Shown here: positions 7,948 through 15,132 of the stretch, in pieces | How the letters are laid out: every line of letters begins with the position of its first letter | Position numbering within the stretch: the stretch's first letter is position 1 | Source: a candidate division WOR-3 bacterium | GTDB lineage: Bacteria; SDB-A | Assembly: GCA_016934535.1 (NCBI GenBank) | Contig: JAFGSQ010000003.1 | Coordinates: 1-33,117, forward strand | Length of the DNA: 33,117 nt | Direction: 5' to 3' | Notes under the pieces: generated by a model | Told to the model about the DNA's origin: nothing | The model's input: the letters and a program-made list of their open reading frames with translations, nothing else | Databases searched by the model: none | Program-made: the position numbers and the translations under genes

Positions 7948-9066
7948 ATGCAGGCGTTAGCGGTTTTAATACTCATTGCGGGACTCGATCCCGAACCTCC
8001 GCCGTCTGTCAAGGCCGCGGACATACCCGACGACCGCGGCGGGGTGATAGAAATTTCCTGGACAAGAAGCTTGTCTGACACGACGGGAAATATAAACAAT
8101 GTTTGGGGATACAGGATTTTCAGGATACAGGCTCATACCTTCGACACGCAGTTTCTCGGATTCCGAGACAGATGGTCTGATCTCGTTTTCACGGATTCAA
8201 CGGCAGTTGACGGAACGGTTTACGTTTACTGTGTCCAAACAAAGTCTTCCACCGGCGTATCGGACCTCACGTATTCAAAACCTGTGAAATCGAGAAGCTC
8301 GTTTTTCAGAGCCAGGAGACTTGCGGTCGCCTTGGCAGTCCTTGCCGGTGTATTGGTTTTTATCTTTTCCAAAGAAAAAACTTCGGATTTTTTCAAAAAA
8401 AAGGCAATCGGCGACAGTATTTGCTGGGCCATGGAAAAAGGGAAAATCGTCATGGTCATTTTAAGCTACGAAAATCCCTCTTCAAGAAAAGGCGTTTCGA
8501 GAACTCTAACAGATCTCAAATGGATTGCTGAAAAAGTCATTTCGGCGAAAGGGGAGATAAGGGTTCTGACTCCCGGTTATCTTCAGGGCGCCGCCACAGG
8601 TATTTTCAGGGAGATATTCATGAAAGAGGGGCGTCTTCAGGATTTCAATCCACTGTGGATAAGAAGGACATGGTCGGGAGGAGTATCTTATTCGGATGAA
8701 GCGACAAGACTGATAAGCAAATGGAAGCCTGGTATTGTTATGATAACGGGAGAACCGGGAGTTTGGACATTTCAGCCTCTCAATAAAATTTTAAGCCTCG
8801 GCGGTAAGATAGTTGGCATAAAGACCGATCTGCATTTTCTTCCCGCGGTTTTGTCTTCCGGCATTAGGATCGAAAACATTTCGGGGGCCCTTTCGGAGGT
8901 TTTTTCACCGGGACCCGTCAATAAAAAATACTGCTGGGCTATTATTTTTTTTATATCGGTTTCGCTGGGCTATCTGTTGTTGTGCTGGATGCTGATGGGT
9001 ACTGACGGCCTTGATCCAATATTATCTTTGAGAAATTTTCTTCCTTTTCTAAAGGCGGTTCCGTGA
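7948..9066 (+). CDS. Diverged subunit A' (FN3-like + degenerate DUF6754-like), 372 aa
   Basis: ADIPDDRGGVIEISW..GYRIFR..YVYCV..SSFF matches the A1/A2 N-terminal domain. DSICWAMEKGK aligns to EAVGRATEMGR and FMKEGRLQDFNP aligns to YLEAGKPDAFNP. Confidence 0.7.
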   Translation: MQALAVLILIAGLDPEPPPSVKAADIPDDRGGVIEISWTRSLSDTTGNINNVWGYRIFRIQAHTFDTQFLGFRDRWSDLVFTDSTAVDGTVYVYCVQTKSSTGVSDLTYSKPVKSRSSFFRARRLAVALAVLAGVLVFIFSKEKTSDFFKKKAIGDSICWAMEKGKIVMVILSYENPSSRKGVSRTLTDLKWIAEKVISAKGEIRVLTPGYLQGAATGIFREIFMKEGRLQDFNPLWIRRTWSGGVSYSDEATRLISKWKPGIVMITGEPGVWTFQPLNKILSLGGKIVGIKTDLHFLPAVLSSGIRIENISGALSEVFSPGPVNKKYCWAIIFFISVSLGYLLLCWMLMGTDGLDPILSLRNFLPFLKAVP

Positions 9067-9698
9067 ACCTGATATCATCTGTCGTCGCGATATTGATGCT
9101 CGTTTTGTTTTTCGCCGTTTCAGGTTCTCCGGGAGAAATAATTGAAAGAGAAATGCTTTATGGTTTCAGGGTGCTTTCGGGTTTCATACTGATTGCCGGA
9201 ATTCTGAGGGTAATAGGCGTAAACTACAACAGGCGCAAATCGGGAGGTAAACAGGCGGTTTCAGGAGTTCTGTTTCTTCTGACGGCTTCAGCGTTTTTCA
9301 CTCTGTTTTCCCTCGACGGTTTTACAGGCACGGCTCCATCAAAGTTTGTGTTGCGAGCATTCGCCATACCTCTCTGGACAGGTTTTGCCTCACTTTCGGG
9401 TCTGGCATTGTGCGCCGCGGTACTTAGATCCGCCGGGTTTAAAAAGTGGGAATCCGCCGTCGCGGTTTTCACAGCCTCGTTTTTTTTGCTGGCTCTGACG
9501 CTTCCGGAAAATGTCTTCAGGTTTCAAGCCGTTCCAGGAAAACAGATCTATTTTAACGACGTCGCTTCCGGTTTGTTCGAGATAGTTTTAACAGGCGGAT
9601 TGAGAGGTTTTTTACTCGCTTTCTTCTGTCTCGTTTTCGCCGACAGGATAAGAGTGCTCCTCGGCAAGGAAAAAAGAACCGATGAATATACGCCCTGA
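9063..9698 (+). CDS. Diverged subunit B': polytopic membrane protein, 211 aa
   Basis: GTGA overlap with A'. FRVLSGFILIAG aligns to VRISGAFALILG and GGLRGFLLA...RIRVLLGKE aligns to AAQRGIILG...LKIMLGIE. Confidence 0.7.
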   Translation: MNLISSVVAILMLVLFFAVSGSPGEIIEREMLYGFRVLSGFILIAGILRVIGVNYNRRKSGGKQAVSGVLFLLTASAFFTLFSLDGFTGTAPSKFVLRAFAIPLWTGFASLSGLALCAAVLRSAGFKKWESAVAVFTASFFLLALTLPENVFRFQAVPGKQIYFNDVASGLFEIVLTGGLRGFLLAFFCLVFADRIRVLLGKEKRTDEYTP

Positions 9699-10422
9699 CT
9701 CTTCAAACACGCTGATATGGATATTGACAGCCGCTTCGCTGGCCGGTTTTGCCGCCGGAATACCGGCTTTCAGACCTTACACTGAAAAAGACGGTTCATT
9801 TCCAACAAGTTCCGGAACAGGGAGAGTGGTCGCGATCCTCGATTTTTCTCCAGAAACCTGGGACGAAATGGCGCCTGTCTGCGTGTCGGTTATAAAATCG
9901 CTTCTCGAAGAAAGGAACGAGATCGTCGTCCTGTCAACAGACCTGTGCGCCGCTTTCTGGTTCGACGCTTTTTCAGAAAAATTCAGGGTAAAAGACAAAT
10001 CCGGCGAGTCGTGGTCGCAAATAAGATGGGCAGGATACATGCCCGGTTTCCCTTCGAGCGCAATAGAGATATTCAGGGAACCTTATCTGGTCACGGGGGA
10101 TTCCCTTTTCGGCCGGGAAAAAGTAAAGTATGTCATATTTTCTTCGGGGGAAAATTTTCACCACTGGATCTTTTTCGGATGGGCTCGAAACAGACCGGAA
10201 GCCGTTTATTACACCTCTTCGTCATTTTACCCCCAGGCTTATCTATACAAATCTTCAGGTCAGGCTGAATATATAAGCCAGGGCATCGCTTTTTTTGAAG
10301 GAAAGGAATTTTCGAGAAGAAAAGCTTCGGTTTCATGGTTTTGTTTTGTTTTCTCAGTTGTCCTTGTTTCCAAGACAGTGTTTTCTGGGGTAGGAAGATT
10401 TTTGCAAAGAGGGAAAATTTGA
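9682..10422 (+). CDS. Diverged subunit C', 246 aa
   Basis: LDFSPETWDEMAP aligns to CDYSPSTSPELQP, YMPG to FVPG, and YLYKSSGQ to YTFLQTRQ. TM at each end. Confidence 0.7.
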   Translation: MNIRPDSSNTLIWILTAASLAGFAAGIPAFRPYTEKDGSFPTSSGTGRVVAILDFSPETWDEMAPVCVSVIKSLLEERNEIVVLSTDLCAAFWFDAFSEKFRVKDKSGESWSQIRWAGYMPGFPSSAIEIFREPYLVTGDSLFGREKVKYVIFSSGENFHHWIFFGWARNRPEAVYYTSSSFYPQAYLYKSSGQAEYISQGIAFFEGKEFSRRKASVSWFCFVFSVVLVSKTVFSGVGRFLQRGKI

Positions 10423-11015
10423 TGGAATTCATGCTCGCTGTTTTACTGACAGCGGCCGTTTTCAGCTTTTTCTGGAGAGAGAGTTTTTTGTTCAGAGGCG
10501 CCGAATTGTTAGCTTACGCGGTGACTCTGGCGCTGATAAGCAGGGCCGTTGTCAAATATTTTTTTGAACCTCAGCTGGTCATTGCCTCGGAATTCATGCC
10601 GCGATATCTGTGGTACGTTATCGGATCCGGAATCGTGCTCGGCGAGATACCTAAATTAAAAAAAATTGCCCGAGTGCCTATGAGTATTTTTGTCGGTGTG
10701 GGTACGGCACTTTTACTCGAAGGGATAGTCGAGGGTTTTATGATTCCTCAGATTTCCGCTTTTTTGCGCTTTGACCCCGAAACTGTCCCTATGCTGAAAG
10801 CTTTCGCCGTGGCATCAACGGCTTTAGCAGTGATGGTGTTTTTCGTTTTGCCGGTCCAATCTAAAAACAGCGCCTCCGCAGTTTTGAAAGTTTTCGGAAA
10901 AACCGTGTTGTTTTTCATTTTGGGAGTAATGCTGTCCGGTCTTGTTTTCACCGCCGCCACTTATATTTCGGGGAGGATATCGGCGTTTTACAATCTTGGA
11001 AGGAGTTTTTATTGA
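10422..11015 (+). CDS. Diverged subunit D': polytopic membrane protein, 197 aa (start revised from 10335 to ATG 10422)
   Basis: TGATG coupling at 10420-10424. FSFFWRESFLFRGAE aligns to YSFLYKDNPLYRFAE, IARVPMSIFVG to LARWPIAVMMG, and ISGRI to LIGRI. Confidence 0.72.
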   Translation: MEFMLAVLLTAAVFSFFWRESFLFRGAELLAYAVTLALISRAVVKYFFEPQLVIASEFMPRYLWYVIGSGIVLGEIPKLKKIARVPMSIFVGVGTALLLEGIVEGFMIPQISAFLRFDPETVPMLKAFAVASTALAVMVFFVLPVQSKNSASAVLKVFGKTVLFFILGVMLSGLVFTAATYISGRISAFYNLGRSFY

Positions 11016-11779
11016 GGTTGGAACGGGTCAGAAATTCCGAGGACATAATAGCCTGTCACATGGCAAACGACGAAGCTTTGCTCGAATGCGCGATAAAGAA
11101 CAAAAAAGCCGGTGCCGTTATAAGATTTTATTCTACGGTTTGCCCGGCGCTGACCGTCGGCAGAAACCAGAAAATCATGCATGAATTTATAAAGTCATGC
11201 GAATACAACAAAGTGCAAATCACAAGAAGACTTACAGGAGGCAGAGCCGTTCCTCATTTCAGGGAGATAACCTATTGCGTCGTCGCTCCTCTCAAAGGAG
11301 TTTTTTCAAAAGGCGTCGTGGAAAGCTTCATGATAATTTCTGAAAGGCTTGTACGGGGAATAAAGAGCGCGGGGGTGACAGCCGACATTTCAAGAGTCGA
11401 AAGAGGCGAAAACGGTACTGTGTCCTGTTTCGATTCTGTGGGAAGGCATGAAATAACCGTCGAGGGACACAAAGTCCTTGGAAGTGCCCAGTTCAGAAAA
11501 TCCGGTTATCTTCTTCAGCAGGGCACACTCGTCTACAGAAAACTTCCCTCCGAACTCGAAACGATACTAAACTTTAAAAGCGTTTCAATAGAAGAGGCGA
11601 CAGACCGCATTCCCTTCTGGGAGGAGACCGCTGATAAAATGTTCGAATCCGTCGCCGGTTTGTTTGACGGAATTCCTGACGTCAGGGAACTTGACGAAGA
11701 GGAAAAAACCTTTTCGGCGAATGTACTCGCTAAATATGCGGGATTGTCAAGCTTTAACCATGGGGAACTTGAAAAATAA
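11012..11779 (+). CDS. Lipoate-protein ligase A / LipM-like octanoyltransferase family protein, 255 aa
   Basis: MANDEALL, LTVGRNQ, RRLTGGRAVPH, SCF and KVLGSAQ..LQQGT motifs. TTG start overlaps the D' stop, with AGGAG RBS at 11001-11005. Confidence 0.88.
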   Translation: MRLERVRNSEDIIACHMANDEALLECAIKNKKAGAVIRFYSTVCPALTVGRNQKIMHEFIKSCEYNKVQITRRLTGGRAVPHFREITYCVVAPLKGVFSKGVVESFMIISERLVRGIKSAGVTADISRVERGENGTVSCFDSVGRHEITVEGHKVLGSAQFRKSGYLLQQGTLVYRKLPSELETILNFKSVSIEEATDRIPFWEETADKMFESVAGLFDGIPDVRELDEEEKTFSANVLAKYAGLSSFNHGELEK

Positions 11780-11787
11780 AAACCGCA

Positions 11788-11816
11788 TTGATTTAAGAAT
11801 GATTTCATTGTATAAA
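11788..11816 (+). promoter_or_regulatory. Putative sigma70-type promoter for the DUF4388 operon
   Basis: TTGATT-N17-TATAAA upstream of AAGGAGG and ATG 11852. Confidence 0.5.
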
Positions 11817-11851
11817 ATATTCTACATCTTCAGGTTCTATAAGGAGGCAAA

Positions 11852-12718
11852 ATGGCTATTCAATGCAATATTACTGACGCGAGCCCCAGTGAATTGCTTT
11901 TTTTCCTTTCGCATTTCAAAAAAACGGGAACTTTAAAACTCCAGAGCAAAAACAGCGAAGGAGAGATTTTTATCAAATCCGGCAGAATAGTTCACGCAGT
12001 GAACAAGGACGTTGTCGGATTGGAAGCGCTTTACAACCTCGCCATGATACAGGATGGCCAAATAAGTTTTTTTCAGGACGAGGTTCCCGCGTCAGAGACT
12101 ATTGCTGAAGAATCCCTGCAGGTTATCAGCGAAGCAGAGAGAAGAAGAGCCGAACTTGCCGATCTTATGAAAAGAGTGCCTCCTCTTGAAACGGTCCTTC
12201 AGAGAGCGATTAAGCTTTCCATCGACGAAGATGTCACTCTGAGAAAGAGCGACTGGAAAGTTTTTGTCATGACGGACGGAAAAGCTCCTCTCAGAAAAAT
12301 AATTGAGACTTCAAATATTGGTATGCTTGAAGTTTACTCGAGCATAACCTGGCTACTTGAAAAAAACTACATCGTGGATCCGGTCGCGGCAATCAGAGAG
12401 CTCAAAACGAGTCTTTTCAAACTTAATGAACTCGTCAAAGAATTCGGGGAAGGCGGCGTTGGAGTGCCGGCCTGGATATCCTTTCTCAAAGAGCAGGTCA
12501 AGAAATACGATCCTGACGATTCAAAACTCGGGCCATTTTTGACCTGGAATTCGGACAGCCTTCAGATCCAGGAACAGAACGTTACGCCTAAAAACGGCGC
12601 TGTGCTTAACGAATTCCTTCAGAAGCTGATAACTATAATTCTCGAAAAAGCCGTTAATGATTACGGCAGAATAATAGCCAAAAGAAAATACGATCAGGTC
12701 GTCAAGAGGATTTCCTGA
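11852..12718 (+). CDS. DUF4388 (PATAN-like) domain protein with a wHTH-like middle region and C-terminal helical domain, 288 aa
   Basis: N-terminal ELLFFL...KKTGTLKL...GEIFIKSGRIVHA...GLEALYNL...GQISF is typical of DUF4388. DWKVFVMTDGK...LLEKNYI region follows. Confidence 0.8.
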   Translation: MAIQCNITDASPSELLFFLSHFKKTGTLKLQSKNSEGEIFIKSGRIVHAVNKDVVGLEALYNLAMIQDGQISFFQDEVPASETIAEESLQVISEAERRRAELADLMKRVPPLETVLQRAIKLSIDEDVTLRKSDWKVFVMTDGKAPLRKIIETSNIGMLEVYSSITWLLEKNYIVDPVAAIRELKTSLFKLNELVKEFGEGGVGVPAWISFLKEQVKKYDPDDSKLGPFLTWNSDSLQIQEQNVTPKNGAVLNEFLQKLITIILEKAVNDYGRIIAKRKYDQVVKRIS

Positions 12719-12721
12719 CAA

Positions 12722-13462
12722 ATGGCCGACACGGCAAAACTGACAGAAAACGCCAAATCCCTGGGTGAAAAAATATTTAAAACAGGCGGAATAAAAACCC
12801 TCGAAGTCCTGAACTCACTTGACGGCGACCTTCTTTTCACGGCCGGCGCAACCGACTCAAGCCTCTACGACATAACGGCGTTCATAGGATCGGTCAGCGC
12901 TCCTGTGTCCAAAACCATGAAGATTGAAAATCTGAGATATGCGGTTGTCGAATGCCGCAACGGGACATCTGTACTCATAACCGAGGAAAGCTACATCATT
13001 GGAATAAGATGTGCCGGGGAAACCGATCCTGACGAAGTCGCAAAAAACGCAATTGTCGCATTACAACCTGACAAAACCGCTGTTTCAGAAGCCGTCCGCT
13101 CAACGACCGTCCAGTCGAAAGAGGCCAGGCTGGCATCAGGCAAGATAAAACAAATAAACCTCCTCATAGACGAATTCTCTCTGGACAACGAAGTGAGACC
13201 ATGGCTGGATCTCGTTGAAAGGAAACTCGAGGAATTCAGGGGGCAAAAAGCCCTGGTGGATTATCTTGAGATCAGAGAGGACAGGCTGGCTTTACTGCCG
13301 ACGACAGACGAAATTGACGAGAAAGAAATCAACGAGGTTTCTAAAAATCTGATCGACTCGCTTTGCAGGCTGGCTATTGAGAAACTGGGACCGGACGCGG
13401 CGAAAAACAAGGTTCACAATGTCATCCAGAAGATGGGATTTCTGGCCAGGAAAAAGGATTGA
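12722..13462 (+). CDS. Hypothetical protein with a roadblock/LC7-like N-terminal domain and helical C-terminal domain, 246 aa
   Basis: GIKTLEVLNSLDGDLLF..helix..LRYAVVEC.NGTSVLI...YIIGI fits a roadblock/profilin-like pattern. The fold call is tentative. Confidence 0.6.
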   Translation: MADTAKLTENAKSLGEKIFKTGGIKTLEVLNSLDGDLLFTAGATDSSLYDITAFIGSVSAPVSKTMKIENLRYAVVECRNGTSVLITEESYIIGIRCAGETDPDEVAKNAIVALQPDKTAVSEAVRSTTVQSKEARLASGKIKQINLLIDEFSLDNEVRPWLDLVERKLEEFRGQKALVDYLEIREDRLALLPTTDEIDEKEINEVSKNLIDSLCRLAIEKLGPDAAKNKVHNVIQKMGFLARKKD

Positions 13463-14238
13463 TGATGGACCCCCTGGAGATTCTCAGAGAAGCGACCGCA
13501 GCGGCAAAAGTTTTTATCTGCGACAATTCGATCTGCAGAGAAGCGGGAGATCTCGAGGGGATTGAACTCGGCGGAAGCGATCTTTTACGGGCTTGCGGTT
13601 CCGTCAAGGGAGCCGCCGCAAGCATAAACGGAGACGAGGTTTTTAAAATAATCTTTCATGGTTCGAACGTAACCGTCGCTTTCGTGAAACAACCATTGGA
13701 TACTATCTGTCTACTCTGGCAGGAACAGATTGCGACTCTCGTCCAATTGAACAGAGTTGACGTCGCCGTTAAAAATATGCTCGAACCTCCTGTGGCGGCG
13801 GAACCTCCCAAAGAAGAAAAAGCTGAAACACCCGAACCTCCTGTTACGCCGGAAGAGACTGCGACTGCGTATAAGGAACCGGAACCCGAAAAACCGCCTG
13901 AAGAAGAGAAAATCGAACCTCCCCCCCCAGAAATAGTTCCCGAGAAAACCGTACCTGAGCCCTCCGCAAAAAAGATAACATACGACGCTGAGGCAATTGA
14001 CATGATCGAGTCCGTTCTTGAAAAATACCTCGACGATTTCAGTTCCGTAATATTCGACAACGAGATATCTGACCTCGGCTTAAAGCTGAAAGGCGCCGAA
14101 TCTTTTTCAAAGGATCAGATAGATCTGCTCATAAAAAAACTGCACGACGCCGCCTCCCTGATTGTGGGCGGCACCACCGCGCACGAAATGCAGGAAGATA
14201 TCATGAAATCAATTAAAGATGCGGAAAGGGAGGCTTGA
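13459..14238 (+). CDS. Hypothetical protein: roadblock-like N-terminal domain, Pro/Glu-rich linker, helical C-terminal domain, 259 aa
   Basis: Start overlaps the upstream stop (exact start uncertain, 13459-13465). PE-rich linker EPPKEEKAETPEPP...EPPPPE. Confidence 0.65.
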   Translation: MMMDPLEILREATAAAKVFICDNSICREAGDLEGIELGGSDLLRACGSVKGAAASINGDEVFKIIFHGSNVTVAFVKQPLDTICLLWQEQIATLVQLNRVDVAVKNMLEPPVAAEPPKEEKAETPEPPVTPEETATAYKEPEPEKPPEEEKIEPPPPEIVPEKTVPEPSAKKITYDAEAIDMIESVLEKYLDDFSSVIFDNEISDLGLKLKGAESFSKDQIDLLIKKLHDAASLIVGGTTAHEMQEDIMKSIKDAEREA

Positions 14239-14241
14239 TAA

Positions 14242-14628
14242 ATGGCTCTTATTTCGTTATTGGTGACGGCTCAGGGGCTTCCTCCGGACGTTCAGAACCT
14301 CTGGACCGTGAAAACGTGGGCCGCCGTTGTTTCGGCCATGTTTTTATGGCTCGCGTTCGTTTTGCTCGGTTTGGCGGCGAGGAATTATCAGAAAGTCCTA
14401 AGGCAGACAACCGAGTGGCAGTTTCTCGTTATTGCTCCGTCGGGCATTCTGATTTATGCCGTAATTCAGGCAGTCTTGCTCGTGACGGCCGGAAAATACA
14501 GGCTGGTAGGGATGACCGGATACATCGGGTACGGTTTGTTTCTCGTATCTGCGGTCATAACTCTCGTCGGCACGCTCAGGTTTTACGGAGTCATAAAAGG
14601 CAAGAGAAGAAAAAAGCAGGGGAGGTGA
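14242..14628 (+). CDS. Small membrane protein (about 3 TM, basic C-terminal tail), 128 aa
   Basis: GGGAGG RBS, hydrophobic segments and KGKRRKKQGR tail. Confidence 0.75.
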   Translation: MALISLLVTAQGLPPDVQNLWTVKTWAAVVSAMFLWLAFVLLGLAARNYQKVLRQTTEWQFLVIAPSGILIYAVIQAVLLVTAGKYRLVGMTGYIGYGLFLVSAVITLVGTLRFYGVIKGKRRKKQGR

Positions 14629-14634
14629 AGAGCC

Positions 14635-14970
14635 GTGGTTAAAACTATGCTGGCTGAACAGCTTTTCATGATAGGCGAGATTGCTCTCGTTTTGGCTCTT
14701 ATAATTTACGGTCTAATACTGAAAAGGCTTCTCAAACTACTGAAAAAGTCGCCGATTTTCTGGATCATGCTTATAGTTTCCGGCCTGTTCGTGCTTATGT
14801 CCCTCGTTTTTCATGCAATTGGGGTTTATGAAAAAGGCTCGGTTGAAGATCCGGTCGAATTGATGAGAACTCTCGGTATGATGGGGCTTCTGGAAGTTGC
14901 CGCGATTTTCGTTGGAAGCGTTATGGCTATATTTTCTGGAGTGCTTTACAACAGATGGTCTCATAGGTGA
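14635..14970 (+). CDS. Small membrane protein (about 3 TM), 111 aa
   Basis: GGAGGTG RBS before the GTG start and three hydrophobic segments. Confidence 0.75.
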   Translation: MVKTMLAEQLFMIGEIALVLALIIYGLILKRLLKLLKKSPIFWIMLIVSGLFVLMSLVFHAIGVYEKGSVEDPVELMRTLGMMGLLEVAAIFVGSVMAIFSGVLYNRWSHR

Positions 14971-15044
14971 TCAAGTGGTCGCCGCGCCGGATTCAACCGG
15001 AAAAAATCGGGAATAATGAATTTTACAATATGAACAGTTAATTG

Positions 15045-15073
15045 TTGACTAATATAATGTTAATTTCTATAAT
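15045..15073 (+). promoter_or_regulatory. Near-consensus sigma70 promoter for the TBDR operon
   Basis: TTGACT-N17-TATAAT, about 60 nt upstream of ATG 15133 (RBS GAGGAGGT). Confidence 0.75.
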
Positions 15074-15132
15074 TCTAGGTAATGTTTTGATTAGTAATTT
15101 AAAACATACGGCAGGCAATCGAGGAGGTAGGT

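Noticed and set aside
10335-10421. Upstream extension of subunit D' given by the ORF track
   Set aside because: TGATG coupling and alignment with subunit D support ATG 10422.
13921-13928. C8 homopolymer as a phase-variation tract
   Set aside because: It is short, in frame, and explained by a poly-Pro linker.
14235-14642. Alternative-frame 135-aa ORF overlapping 14242..14628
   Set aside because: Arg-rich and non-protein-like. The 14242 frame gives a coherent membrane protein with an RBS.
14987-15006. ccgg-attcaa-ccgg followed by an A run as a terminator
   Set aside because: The stem is only 4 bp, too weak to call.
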